From positions 448,001 to 512,000 of the forward strand of contig CAWDVW010000007.1 in the NCBI GenBank assembly GCA_963805855.1: 64,000 bases of DNA. The letters are read 5' to 3'. Both the position numbers and the translations under genes were made by a program. This document shows positions 21,541-33,024 of the stretch, one piece after another. Every line of letters begins with the position of its first letter. The first letter of the stretch is position 1. The DNA is from Candidatus Dadabacteria bacterium (GTDB taxonomy: Bacteria; Desulfobacterota_D; UBA1144; Nemesobacterales; CSP1-2). The notes beneath the pieces were generated by a model. That model searched no databases. It saw only the letters and a list, made by a program, of their open reading frames with translations, and was not told where the DNA came from.

Positions 21541-22203
21541 TCAATAATCCATGGCATTGAAGTTTATTAATTGAAACTCTTTAATCAGCAACTCATTTCG
21601 AAATGAGATAAGACTTTCTAATTGGGCGCGTTTGATCATGAATCGCTCTCTCTTGCTTATATTTGCCTCGGCTTCTTGCATGATTTTTCTCCTATCTCCT
21701 TCTGAAATGCTTTGGAAAAAATCTTCAAAAAACTCTTCTTCTATCTCTCTTAAAACTCTAAATATGTCAGATCGATCCTCTTTAAGCAGATCTAAAACTC
21801 TTTTTCTTGATTTTATATAATGCTTTCTCACCAAATCCCTTTTTTCCGATATTATTATGCGATTGAGCTTGTCCAATATTAATGTAACCACATCTTTATT
21901 GCCATAATTGGACTCACTTAGATCACTCTGCTGGCTAGATTTGTATTCCCTAATCAACTCCTCTACATAAGCTGCACATTGAGTTAAACTTCGAAAATTC
22001 CGTTTTCTATCGTGTTCGTCGGTAAAGCCTTTCTCAAACGCCCTTCTAATTCCCATTATGACTATCTCTTTGGGCACAGACCTCGCCCTCCAATTTACTA
22101 TCAGGTCATACTCTTTAGGTGAGAGCATGATGCCCTCCCCTTTCAGCTTCAGGTAGTAACCCTCAATAGCTTTCACAAAGTCATCTAAACTAGTCCTTTT
22201 CAC
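21541..22203 (-). CDS. Hypothetical helical protein, partner of DnaC-like ATPase
   Basis: 220-aa ORF ending 6 bp upstream of the ATPase; LSPKEYDLIxxW...SLxxC. Confidence 0.7.
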   Translation of the reverse strand: MKRTSLDDFVKAIEGYYLKLKGEGIMLSPKEYDLIVNWRARSVPKEIVIMGIRRAFEKGFTDEHDRKRNFRSLTQCAAYVEELIREYKSSQQSDLSESNYGNKDVVTLILDKLNRIIISEKRDLVRKHYIKSRKRVLDLLKEDRSDIFRVLREIEEEFFEDFFQSISEGDRRKIMQEAEANISKRERFMIKRAQLESLISFRNELLIKEFQLINFNAMDY

Positions 22204-22296
22204 GGTCTTCTTTTTTCAGCCCCAGAACTCTCATTAATTATAGGCCGGATTTTCAAAATAATATTACCAACTCGCCGGTCCGAAATAAAGACGGTT

Positions 22297-22980
22297 TTAT
22301 GTCCTACCGGACTGAGTGTCTATCTCCCTTCGCATTTCTCGAATGGTCTTGGCGTAACTATTGGTTTTGAAAATGCCCGACCCCGATACAAGCACATCGG
22401 CTCCGGCCTTTGCTAATTCAGCTATATTATCCAGCTTTATTCCACCGTCCACCTCTATCAGGGGCCTGTGACCCAAAGTGTCTATAAGATTTCTCAGGCG
22501 TTTTACCTTAGTAATCATTGATGTTATTAACCTTTGACCTGCAAAACCGGGCTCAACCGTCATTATCAGTATTAGATCTACATAAGGAATTATTTCTTCT
22601 AATGCGGCGAGAGGAGTCAACGGGTTTAGTGCAACACCAGCCATGACACCATGCGATTTAATCTTAGATATCGTACTGTGCAATAATTTACAGGTCTCAT
22701 ATTGTACGGTGATAACCTTTACGAGTGGGTCTCCGGCACGGATGTAAAATTCCACACAATCATCTGGATTATCGATCATCAGGTGGATGTCCATCGGCGG
22801 AGATGGAATCCTCTTAAGCGCCTCAATTACCGGTACGCCAAGGCTAATATTAGGCACAAAGTGACCGTCCATTACATCAACATGAATCCACTCAACGCCA
22901 CAGTCACTGATTGCTTTTACCTCATCCCCTAACCTGGCGAAGTCAGCTGAGAGAATTGAAGGCGCAATTATTTTGTCCAT
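22297..22980 (-). CDS. rpe: Ribulose-phosphate 3-epimerase
   Basis: APSILSADF, HVDVMDGHFVPN, PGFAGQ, VDGG. Confidence 0.95.
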   Translation of the reverse strand: MDKIIAPSILSADFARLGDEVKAISDCGVEWIHVDVMDGHFVPNISLGVPVIEALKRIPSPPMDIHLMIDNPDDCVEFYIRAGDPLVKVITVQYETCKLLHSTISKIKSHGVMAGVALNPLTPLAALEEIIPYVDLILIMTVEPGFAGQRLITSMITKVKRLRNLIDTLGHRPLIEVDGGIKLDNIAELAKAGADVLVSGSGIFKTNSYAKTIREMRREIDTQSGRT

Positions 22981-23307
22981 ATCCTCCTCTCCGATGCTTC
23001 ACAGAGAAAATATCCTCGAAGCTTTCGATACACATAAAGATCGGCTTAAAGATTAGCCATCAAAGAATGCTTGCTAAATCCACACTTAATCTTAGTAAAT
23101 TTGATAATTAATATACGATTATACCATCGCCACTCAGCATATACGATAAATTATTTTATTTAAATTTATTTTCATAAGTGCTGGCATGGCAATGAGTTAA
23201 ATTGACTCAATAGAAGAATAATAAATCCGAAAATTGCTTGACTTAATTAGTTAAAGGATTATATTTTTGGCTTTTAAAGGCGGCTTTTTTGCTGGGAGAC
23301 AATACGT

Positions 23308-24468
23308 ATGGCTCAAAAAGATTTCATATTCACCTCTGAATCTGTTACAGAAGGGCATCCTGATAAAATGGCTGATCAGATCTCGGATGCGGTACTCGAC
23401 GCAATCATAGCCCAGGATCCAAACGGCAGAGTGGCATGTGAAACCCTCTTGACCACAGGGTTGGTTGTTGTAGCAGGCGAACGCACAACCACTGCGAATG
23501 TAGACATTTCAGACGTCGTGAGGGAAACAATAAGAAATATAGGGTATATAAATGGCTCAATGGGATTTGATGCTGAGAATTGCGGAATCTTGATGGTAAT
23601 GGGCAAACAGTCTCCAGACATTGCGCTCGGTGTTAATCCCTCGGAGCATAGGGAACAGGGCGCGGGAGACCAGGGACTCATGTTTGGGTATGCTATAGAT
23701 GAGACCCCTGAACTCATGCCAACCCCAATCATGTATTCTCACAAACTCGCAAGACGCCTGAGCGAGGTTAGAAAGAACGGCAGCCTCCCATTTCTGAGAC
23801 CAGACGGAAAGACGCAGGTAACCGTCCGGTACGAAAACAATAAACCAAGATCCATCGAAACAATTGTTGTATCATCTCAACATTCGCCCGACGTATCCAA
23901 CTCGACAATTTATGAAGGCATCGTAGAGAATGTTATAAGACCGGTAATCGCTGAAGACCTGTTATCATCAAAAACTAAGATCTTTATAAACCCAACTGGC
24001 AGGTTTGTGGTAGGAGGTCCGAAAGGGGACGCGGGACTAACCGGAAGAAAAATCATCATAGACACTTACGGTGGATGGGCGAGACACGGGGGCGGTGCGT
24101 TCTCCGGAAAGGATCCTTCAAAGGTTGATAGAAGCGCCAGTTATATGGCTCGTCATATTGCCAAGAATGTTATTGCAGCAGGTCTGGCAATGAAGTGCGA
24201 GGTACAGGTCGCCTATGCAATTGGGATTGCCGAACCCGTTTCAGTCATGGTCGATACATTCAATACAGGGCTTGTCCCTGAAGATAAGATTTCAAGGGGT
24301 ATAAGAGAGATCTTTGACCTGAGGCCCGCTGAAATAATAAAGGCACTTAAACTACTTAGACCCATCTATCAGAAGACAGCTGCATATGGACATTTCGGAA
24401 GAGAAGAACCGGATTTCACCTGGGAGGCAATCGATAAGACAGAATTATTGAGAAAGGCAGTTCAATAA
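23308..24468 (+). CDS. metK: S-adenosylmethionine synthetase
   Basis: [28 protein letters not shown]. Confidence 0.97.
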   Translation: MAQKDFIFTSESVTEGHPDKMADQISDAVLDAIIAQDPNGRVACETLLTTGLVVVAGERTTTANVDISDVVRETIRNIGYINGSMGFDAENCGILMVMGKQSPDIALGVNPSEHREQGAGDQGLMFGYAIDETPELMPTPIMYSHKLARRLSEVRKNGSLPFLRPDGKTQVTVRYENNKPRSIETIVVSSQHSPDVSNSTIYEGIVENVIRPVIAEDLLSSKTKIFINPTGRFVVGGPKGDAGLTGRKIIIDTYGGWARHGGGAFSGKDPSKVDRSASYMARHIAKNVIAAGLAMKCEVQVAYAIGIAEPVSVMVDTFNTGLVPEDKISRGIREIFDLRPAEIIKALKLLRPIYQKTAAYGHFGREEPDFTWEAIDKTELLRKAVQ

Positions 24469-24507
24469 TTGAGATACCAAAAATTTAAACCAGATTGGTG
24501 ACGTTAA

Positions 24508-25860
<1,353 letters not shown>

Positions 25861-25882
25861 TTTTTAAGATTTAAATCTTAGG

Positions 25883-26770
25883 ATGAATAATCTTGTAGAT
25901 TCATTTCTCTCTTATCAGGCTGCGGTAAAAGGCCTATCAAAAAACACGCTGGAATCATACGGAAGGGACGTCTTAAAATTTATCGATTACCTCGAGAAGA
26001 GAGATATATCCGGGATTGAGGATGTTAAGTACAATAACATTCTAGAATATGTCACTACTCTGCAGGAAGAAGGTATCAATATCAGGTCGGTTGCACGTAA
26101 TCTGGTTTCGCTTAAGCAGTTTTTTAAATTTTTGCTTCTTGAGAAAATCATACTCGAAGATCCCAGCCGTAACATAAAAACACCAAAAATGAAGAGAAGC
26201 ATTCCGGGTTTTCTATCATTAGAAGATGTGGAAAGGCTCCTCTCCTCGCCCAATCCGGAGTCATATGAAGGGATAAGAGACAGAGCTATGCTGGAGACAC
26301 TGTACGCCTGCGGCATCAGGGCGTCAGAACTTGTGAACCTTGAACTCAATAGTGTAAACTTTGAGCTGGGTTACCTGATTGTATATGGTAAGGGTTCAAA
26401 GGAAAGGTTGGTGCCAACGGGTGAGAAGGCCAGAACTGCCTTGAAAGATTACCTGGCTCTATCGAGACCAAATATTCTTAAAACCAGAAGCTCACCTTAC
26501 CTATTTGTTACCAGACGCGGGGAAGGAATGACTCGTCAGGGGTTTTGGAAGAATCTGAAAAACTACGCGATCAAGTGTGGTATAAGTAAGAAGATAAGCC
26601 CTCATACTATAAGGCATTCTTTTGCTACACATTTGCTAGAGAGGGGGGCAGACCTCAGAACAATCCAGATCATGCTCGGACATTCTGATATTTCGACGAC
26701 ACAGATTTATACACATATCGCCAAAGAGAGACTAAAGGAAATACATAGGAAGTATCACCCTAGATCTTGA
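25883..26770 (+). CDS. xerD: Tyrosine recombinase XerD
   Basis: RDRAMLE.LYA.G.R, GKGSKER, MTRQGFW, HTIRHSFATH, LGH, TTQIY, HPR. Confidence 0.92.
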   Translation: MNNLVDSFLSYQAAVKGLSKNTLESYGRDVLKFIDYLEKRDISGIEDVKYNNILEYVTTLQEEGINIRSVARNLVSLKQFFKFLLLEKIILEDPSRNIKTPKMKRSIPGFLSLEDVERLLSSPNPESYEGIRDRAMLETLYACGIRASELVNLELNSVNFELGYLIVYGKGSKERLVPTGEKARTALKDYLALSRPNILKTRSSPYLFVTRRGEGMTRQGFWKNLKNYAIKCGISKKISPHTIRHSFATHLLERGADLRTIQIMLGHSDISTTQIYTHIAKERLKEIHRKYHPRS

Positions 26771-26819
26771 ATTTGATTTTCTTTTTATCGTTATTCGATA
26801 AAGTAAATAGAGCTTATAC

Positions 26820-27497
26820 ATGGATTTCAACTATAAACTCATAATAATCCAGGCTCCTGTTATTCTATTCGCGCTTACGATCCATGAGTATTGCCATGGC
26901 CTGGTTGCCAATTACTTGGGAGACGATACTGCGCTCAAGCAGGGTCGGCTAACCTTGAATCCGATAGCTCACCTTGATGTAATTGGTACTATTCTCATGT
27001 TTCTGGTTGGTTTTGGGTGGGCGAAGCCTGTCCCCGTAAATCCACTTAATTTTAAAGATCCCAAAAAGGGAATGCTTCTCGTCGCACTAGCCGGTCCCGT
27101 TTCTAATCTGTTGACCGCCATTGTTGCCGGTATATTTCTTAGGAATCTAATTCCCAGTATTATAACCTCCGATCACGGGATATCGGATTTTTATTCAACG
27201 CTTCTCGTGGTGATGGTACTTACCGTCATTTACGGAGTGGGCCTTGCGATATTTAACATATTGCCAATACCCCCGCTTGACGGCTCGCGAGTGCTTTATG
27301 GACTTTTGCCTGAAAGACAGGCATATGCCTACAGTAGGTTTGAGCCTTACGGAGTAATGGTATTATTCGCCCTCTTTTTATTTGGGGGACGTATCTTTTC
27401 GGTCGTTATTTGGTACCCTGTGTCAATAATTACGGAGCTAATTTCAGGAGTGGGATACTTTCAACTTTGGCAAGTAATCCATTATATTACTAGATGA
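26820..27497 (+). CDS. Site-2 protease (M50)
   Basis: HEYCH, AGP, NILPIPPLDG. Confidence 0.92.
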   Translation: MDFNYKLIIIQAPVILFALTIHEYCHGLVANYLGDDTALKQGRLTLNPIAHLDVIGTILMFLVGFGWAKPVPVNPLNFKDPKKGMLLVALAGPVSNLLTAIVAGIFLRNLIPSIITSDHGISDFYSTLLVVMVLTVIYGVGLAIFNILPIPPLDGSRVLYGLLPERQAYAYSRFEPYGVMVLFALFLFGGRIFSVVIWYPVSIITELISGVGYFQLWQVIHYITR

Positions 27498-27539
27498 ACA
27501 TCCGAGAAATCATATAATGTACGAATCACGGAGGCATCA

Positions 27540-28295
27540 TTGACTTCGGACAGTTCTGAGACATGCTTGGTTAAGGTACAGGCTTTCGAGGGTCCCCTGG
27601 ATCTCCTATTACACCTTATCAAAAAACACGAGATCAACATTTATGACATCCCGGTGGCTTTAATCACACAGCAATATCTTGAATACCTGAACATGATGAA
27701 AGAGTTGAATTTAGAGATCGTTGGAGACTATTTGATAATCGCGGCGGAGCTCGGGCATATCAAATCAAAGATGCTGCTGCCAAAGACTGATGACGATGAT
27801 GAAATTGAAGAAGATGATCCCAGAGCCGATCTGGTAAGAAGGCTTATTGAGTACCAGAGATATCAAGAAGCGGCTGAACAGTTGTCCAGGCTTGAAACCC
27901 TGGAGAAGGATGTGTTTACAAGATCACACGAGGACGGCACGGATGATAACGCAAATCAGCTGCTGAAGGTTGATCTCTGGTCTTTAATCGATTCTTTGAG
28001 AGAGGTATTCAAGCGAAGAAATCTAAATATATCGGACGGAATACAATTTGATATTGAAACAGTAACACTGGACGAGAGGATTCGTGAGGTAACCTCTATA
28101 CTTATTTCAAAAAAGGAAATGAAATTTGAGGACCTCTTTAGAATTAATGCGTCAAGATTGGAGCTGATAATTACATTTCTTGCGATTTTAGAGCTTATAA
28201 GAACCCGTACAATAAGTGCATATCAGGGATATCCGTTTGGACCGATAAAATTAGCCTATCAGGGAGAACCCATAAGTTGGAAAAACAATACTTAA
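27540..28295 (+). CDS. scpA: Segregation and condensation protein A
   Basis: FEGPLDLLLHLI, KSKMLLP, FLAILEL. Confidence 0.93.
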   Translation: MTSDSSETCLVKVQAFEGPLDLLLHLIKKHEINIYDIPVALITQQYLEYLNMMKELNLEIVGDYLIIAAELGHIKSKMLLPKTDDDDEIEEDDPRADLVRRLIEYQRYQEAAEQLSRLETLEKDVFTRSHEDGTDDNANQLLKVDLWSLIDSLREVFKRRNLNISDGIQFDIETVTLDERIREVTSILISKKEMKFEDLFRINASRLELIITFLAILELIRTRTISAYQGYPFGPIKLAYQGEPISWKNNT

Positions 28296-28837
28296 AAAAG
28301 GTGATTGAGTGCATCATCTTTGTTTCAGAAAAACCTCTTTCAATTCAGAGGCTTCTGAAGGTATTACCTGAAACAAAGAAAAGTGAAATCACTGAGTGTA
28401 TCGAGGAATTGATAAGTGAATGGAATTCCCTCGATAGGGGATTTAGATTACATGAGGTCGCCAACGGTTATCAGTTTAGAACCAATTCGGATTTCAGTGA
28501 TGAAATCATCCGTTTTAAAGCGATTAAGCCATTCCGTCTGAGTCGTGCGGCCCTGGAGGCACTCGCAATAATCGCCTATAATCAGCCCATCACAAGACTT
28601 GAGGTCGACCAGATTAGGGGAGTCGATTCAACAGGTGTCATAGGAGCTCTCTTGGAAAAACGCCTCATCGAAATCAGTGGTAGGAAGGAGGTGATCGGAA
28701 GGCCATTTCTGTATGCAACCACCAGCGAATTTCTCGAGACCTTCGGACTCAAAAGCATGAGGGATCTACCTAGCCTGAAGGAGCTTGAAGAAATAGAGGC
28801 ATCTTTTGAAAAACCACTACAGGGACTCGATGCTTGA
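28277..28837 (+). CDS. scpB: Segregation and condensation protein B
   Basis: LSRAALEALAIIAYNQP, IRGV, GRPFLY, FGL. Confidence 0.93.
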   Translation: MEKQYLKKVIECIIFVSEKPLSIQRLLKVLPETKKSEITECIEELISEWNSLDRGFRLHEVANGYQFRTNSDFSDEIIRFKAIKPFRLSRAALEALAIIAYNQPITRLEVDQIRGVDSTGVIGALLEKRLIEISGRKEVIGRPFLYATTSEFLETFGLKSMRDLPSLKELEEIEASFEKPLQGLDA

Positions 28838-29245
28838 CAGGATTTCTAATTCCTTTTCCCTCATTACCTTGGCTTCATTTTTTTTCTTATGGTCATATCC
28901 CAGCAGATGCAATATCCCATGGATCATCAGCTTGTGAATCTCATGTTCAATGCTTAACTTCTGCAGCTTTGAACGTCTGATTGCCGTGTCAATAGAAATA
29001 ATTACGTCTCCAAGTATGGAATCATCGGGTCCGTCCTGGGGAAAGGACAGGACGTCGGTGGTCCGGTTTATGTTTCTATAATCGGCGTTAAGCTGCCGCA
29101 TTTCCTCGTCGTCAACAAAAGCTACGCACAACTCCTTATTTCCTGACACATTGAGTTTTTTAAGTATGAAAAGCGCCTTACTTTTCAGGTTCTTCTTTTG
29201 CTCGCTCCTTAAGTAATTGACCCTGTCTAATATAGATAATGTCAT
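28817..29245 (-). CDS. ybeY: rRNA maturation endoribonuclease YbeY
   Basis: TDVLSF, HGILHLLGYDH. Confidence 0.93.
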   Translation of the reverse strand: MTLSILDRVNYLRSEQKKNLKSKALFILKKLNVSGNKELCVAFVDDEEMRQLNADYRNINRTTDVLSFPQDGPDDSILGDVIISIDTAIRRSKLQKLSIEHEIHKLMIHGILHLLGYDHKKKNEAKVMREKELEILSSIESL

Positions 29246-29358
29246 ATGGAAAAATTAAATTACCCAATTTCAATTATCTGATCAATTTAACGAGCAATTT
29301 AGCTTTCTTTTGCTAAAGGTTTGTAAATCTAGGTTATAATCATTCTAAACAATCCACC

Positions 29359-30108
29359 ATGCACTCAGATTATCTGTTTGAAAAAATTAAAATCCTTTTT
29401 AACAGGTCCGGATTCAATATCGTAAGTAAAGTTAAAACAAAGGACTATCAAAAGAATTTAAAACACAGGGACGGACTGGATGAAATCTTGGAAAATGGTA
29501 AATCCATCATCCTCGCAGGATTTGCCGGCAATGGGTTCTGGAATATCTTGCGTGCATTCTTAAGAAATAATCCTGATTTCAAAGAAACTCGAAATGATTG
29601 GATAGATGATTACACGCAATTGATATTCAAATCGGCAGCAGAGATTTTAGACCACGGCAGTGTCTCATACAAAATGGTTTTCCCGTTTGGCATAACCGCG
29701 CTCGATCTGGACTTTATGGAATTGGGAAGAATGTCCGGAGTAGGAGTTGACAGCCTCCTGGGAATACTTTTACATCCTGAGTATGGTCCCTGGATTTCTC
29801 TAAGAGGTTCCATAATTACCGATTTGGTATTTTCCGCTTATGATAGCCAACTTGAAAATTTCGCACCCTGCCCTCCTTGCCCCAAGCCATGCATTACAGC
29901 ATGCCCCGCGAAAACCATTTCAAATAGGGGTTGGAACTGGGATGCATGCATGGATTACCGCTTGAGTAGCGAAACTTGTGAAACCAATTGTGCATCAAGG
30001 CGCGCCTGTCCGTATGGGAAGGAGTATCAGTATACTGGAGAACAACTTGCCCATCATCACAAATTTGTACTGAAGAGTGTAAAACAGTATAGAGCGAAGA
30101 ATAGATAA
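29359..30108 (+). CDS. Putative cobalamin/4Fe-4S protein (QueG/CblC-like)
   Basis: LGILLHPEYGPWISLRG followed by CxxCxxxCxxxCP and CxxxCxxRxACP. Confidence 0.6.
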   Translation: MHSDYLFEKIKILFNRSGFNIVSKVKTKDYQKNLKHRDGLDEILENGKSIILAGFAGNGFWNILRAFLRNNPDFKETRNDWIDDYTQLIFKSAAEILDHGSVSYKMVFPFGITALDLDFMELGRMSGVGVDSLLGILLHPEYGPWISLRGSIITDLVFSAYDSQLENFAPCPPCPKPCITACPAKTISNRGWNWDACMDYRLSSETCETNCASRRACPYGKEYQYTGEQLAHHHKFVLKSVKQYRAKNR

Positions 30109-30188
30109 TTTGGTAAACTCTCGATTGCCACCTGATCGAACATGAAGGTACAGGATTAATCGGGAGTTCGGAATTTTCGCCGGGAGGT

Positions 30189-30246
30189 TAGCCCACCAGT
30201 CCCTGTCCTGAGCTTAGTCGAAGGGTTGCGGGTGGGAAACGCGCTA
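30189..30246. repeat. Nested REP-like palindromic element
   Basis: CCTGAGCTTAGTCGAAGG inside CCCACC...GGTGGG; near-identical core at 39283-39300. Confidence 0.55.
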
Positions 30247-30405
30247 CACCATAATCTCGTATCGAATTTATATGAGATTTTGATTTTTGTCATCCTGAAT
30301 CCTCTCCTGGATCTCTGCCTTCAGCGCCGAACCTTGAACCGAGTCGAAACATCGAAGGAACCAAGTATTTTTTGAGGATCTCAAAGGCGTATGTATCAAT
30401 AGTTA

Positions 30406-30442
30406 AATAAAAAGCCCAGCAAACTCGCTGGGCTTTTTTATT
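30406..30442. terminator. Bidirectional intrinsic terminator
   Basis: AAAAAGCCCAGC-aaactc-GCTGGGCTTTTTT between convergent genes. Confidence 0.85.
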
Positions 30443-30465
30443 GTTCGCTTTAGTTAAATATGAAT

Positions 30466-30678
30466 TTACTTAGCGGGAACAACGTTTTCGGCCTTCGGGC
30501 CTTTTTCGCCTTCAGTAACCGTGAACTCTACAGTCTGTCCTTCATCAAGTGAACGATAGCCGTCGCCAGCTATGTCAGTGTGATGAACAAACACGTCTTT
30601 GTCATTTTGGCGCTCAATAAAACCAAAACCCTTGGTTGCATTGAACCACTTGACAGTGCCAATCTCACGTTCTGCCAT
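30466..30678 (-). CDS. Cold-shock protein
   Basis: GTVKWFN..KGFGFI, VFVH, KGP. Confidence 0.96.
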   Translation of the reverse strand: MAEREIGTVKWFNATKGFGFIERQNDKDVFVHHTDIAGDGYRSLDEGQTVEFTVTEGEKGPKAENVVPAK

Positions 30679-30786
30679 GTTGAGGTACCTCCTATGTATA
30701 AAATTGGATCACGCGAGTGGTTCAGAAACAAATTTAGATATGCATCTTAATTTAGAACAGAACTACTGCGGTAAACTCCTTACATA

Positions 30787-30814
30787 AATATACTCTGATT
30801 TAAAGCTATGTCAA
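30787..30814 (-). promoter_or_regulatory. Sigma70 promoter of cold-shock gene (about 100-nt 5' UTR)
   Basis: TTGACA-16bp-TATATT on minus strand. Confidence 0.6.
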
Positions 30815-31055
30815 TCTCATCTAGACGATTCATGCGTCCTCCATAATTATCATTTATTGAAATGTCTAGAAACTGTACCAAGTAATAGAAATCGAAGCGC
30901 TTTAATTGGCAGTCCAGTGACTCGCTTTAAGAACATGAAAAAAACTTTTACCGTCTTCAGCAGGTGACGTGTTATGCCTGTTTCTTTGTTCGCTTTCCTA
31001 AAGTTAAACTCTTGGTACAATTTCTTAACATCTTTAGACTCCCAGGTGTATATAT

Positions 31056-31430
31056 ATGATTGTAAGAAAGTTTATGACTTCCGATCCTTTGACAATGTCT
31101 CCTGACGAAAACGTCAACGATGCTTTTCACCTATTGTTGGAACATCGCGTCCGCCAGGCTCCGGTCATCGAGGACGGAAAGCTAATTGGCATAGTTACCG
31201 ACAGAGACCTGCGTACTGCCCTCTTTCAGACGTATGTAGAATCAGATCTAACCGTGGGCGATGTCATGCGGGCGGGTCCCGTTACTATATCCGAAGATGC
31301 AGACATCAAAGAGGCAGCACGAATAATATGTGAACATAAATTCAATGCTCTACCCGTAGTTTCCACCACCGGGGATCTGGTGGGAATCATAACAACCACG
31401 GATATTCTGAGGGGTGTGCTAAAACTTTAA
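31056..31430 (+). CDS. Tandem CBS-domain protein
   Basis: Two CBS motifs (LIGIVTDRD, LVGIITTTD). Confidence 0.9.
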   Translation: MIVRKFMTSDPLTMSPDENVNDAFHLLLEHRVRQAPVIEDGKLIGIVTDRDLRTALFQTYVESDLTVGDVMRAGPVTISEDADIKEAARIICEHKFNALPVVSTTGDLVGIITTTDILRGVLKL

Positions 31431-31517
31431 GAATCATCCGTGTACAGGTTATTTCTAAAGTTCGTGAATATCTCAGATATTAACTCGCTAATTCCGTTTG
31501 AGTTGCTAGAAGGAATT

Positions 31518-31741
31518 ATCAATAACGATAGGCGGGGTTTTCCAACCCCGCATAGAGAAAACATATGGAATGGAAACCTAAAGGTTTCCGCTACATTTAA
31601 TTATAACGCCATCTTGTGTAGCGGAGGACTTTAGTCCTCCATAAAATTAATCATATCAAAACCTCTATCGGGCAAAGAATTTCTCGATTACCGATGATAA
31701 ATGCCGCCATCAATAAGGATAGTCGGGGTTTTCCAACCCCT
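31518..31741. repeat. Cluster of REP-like hairpins (GTAG type)
   Basis: Two copies of ATCAATAAxGATAGxCGGGGTTTTCCAACCCC; GGAAACCTAAAGGTTTCCGCTAC; GTAGCGGAGGACTTTAGTCCTCC. Confidence 0.7.
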
Positions 31742-31820
31742 CATGGATACTCGTTGTAATCTTTATTCCGCTCGCCGCATATTTATACCAGGATTATAAA
31801 TCGTGTTCTTGGTACAAGGT

Positions 31821-32348
31821 TCAGAAATTACCCGCATTTGTTGCGATGGATTCTGCCCAGCCCTTGTAAACCCTTGCCCTAACCCTATCTCCTACCATAA
31901 TTCCGTGAACGATCTGGTTCGTAGCAGAGAAGTTAAAGTTCTCGCCATCTTGCATCTTCACGCTTATAAGGCTGTTTGCTTTGCCCGTTTGAATTGCCGT
32001 TATTTCTCCGGAGACCCATTGATATCCCTCTGAATCTTTCTTCGGCTTTGCAATTTCTACAGGCTTTCCTAGTCTCTGGACCGATTGTGCCCAACCTTTT
32101 GCAACCTTTGCTGAAATGCTGTCACCAACCTGGATGCCTTCCATCTTGTCGTTCGTAGAAGAAAAGTTGAAAATTTCACCATCGTGCATAATCACACTTA
32201 TAAGACTGTTGTCTTTCCCTGATTGGATGGACTCAATCACGCCTGATACCCAGTTTACCTTATCTGAGCCAGTCTGCTCTTGGGCAAAAGCCATGATAAA
32301 GTTGATGGTGAAAACTAACAGCAACACTGAAAAAACAGTTGGTTTCAT
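31821..32348 (-). CDS. Exported protein with two tandem OB/TOBE-like repeats
   Basis: Signal peptide (AFA|Q); WVSGxIxxIQxGKxNSLISVxMxDGExFNFSxTN...GIxVGDxxxAxVxKGWAxS occurs twice. Confidence 0.75.
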   Translation of the reverse strand: MKPTVFSVLLLVFTINFIMAFAQEQTGSDKVNWVSGVIESIQSGKDNSLISVIMHDGEIFNFSSTNDKMEGIQVGDSISAKVAKGWAQSVQRLGKPVEIAKPKKDSEGYQWVSGEITAIQTGKANSLISVKMQDGENFNFSATNQIVHGIMVGDRVRARVYKGWAESIATNAGNF

Positions 32349-32531
32349 CTTATACCTCCACTCTTCGAAAGATCGACCTGAACCATAGATAAAATACTGA
32401 TCATATCATAATATTTTTAAAAATTATCGGTTGAAATTCAAGTTAAGAGAAAACCGTTGAATCCTTTTTTTTCTCGTACTACGTCAATAAAATTTGACCG
32501 ATTGCTATTATAAAAGTCTGGCTCGTGGGCC

Positions 32532-33002
32532 TTAATAGGATGCGCAGGGGGGTTTTCGAACCTCCAACTTTGATAGCTTATTTTTGGTAAGGCTTGTCTG
32601 GAGCTTCCAACCTGATTCCGCATTTTGATCCTTACCTTTAATGAGAAGCCACTGGTTTTCTTTACCCTTACCCCTAAATCGAACCAAGCTGTAGGCGCCA
32701 ATAAGTTTCTTCCCCTTGAGGAAGAAGTTAATCACGTTCTCGTTTTTCTCAATGAGTTCAAATGTACCGCTATCCCACACTACAACTGGTCCTGCTCCAT
32801 ACGTCCCTTTCGGGATTATCCCTTCAAAATCAAAATACTCTAAGGGATGGTCTTCTACCAAAATAGCTAAGCGCTTCTCTGATGGATCCATGGAAGGCCC
32901 TTTTGGAATTGCCCAGGAGCGAAGAACACCTTCCATCTCTAGGCGAAAGTCATAGTGCAAACGGGAGGCGTCATGTTCATGAACAACAAATCGGTTTGCC
33001 AT
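32532..33002 (-). CDS. Stand-alone LigD 3'-phosphoesterase domain protein
   Basis: HxAxRLHYDFRLE, WAIPKGPS, EDHPLEY, YGAG.V.VWD. Confidence 0.92.
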   Translation of the reverse strand: MANRFVVHEHDASRLHYDFRLEMEGVLRSWAIPKGPSMDPSEKRLAILVEDHPLEYFDFEGIIPKGTYGAGPVVVWDSGTFELIEKNENVINFFLKGKKLIGAYSLVRFRGKGKENQWLLIKGKDQNAESGWKLQTSLTKNKLSKLEVRKPPCASY

Positions 33003-33024
33003 ACTTAATTATGCTTTCTCAAAA

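Noticed and set aside
22981-23307. SAM/SAH riboswitch upstream of metK-ahcY
   Set aside because: No SAM-I core seen, and the candidate promoter leaves only about 35 nt of leader; not tested with Rfam
25883-26770. Prophage or island integrase
   Set aside because: XerD signatures (TRQGFW, C-terminal HPR) and xerD-S2P-scpAB synteny; no att site or phage genes
31440-31634. 64-aa ORF
   Set aside because: Runs through the REP-like cluster; likely spurious
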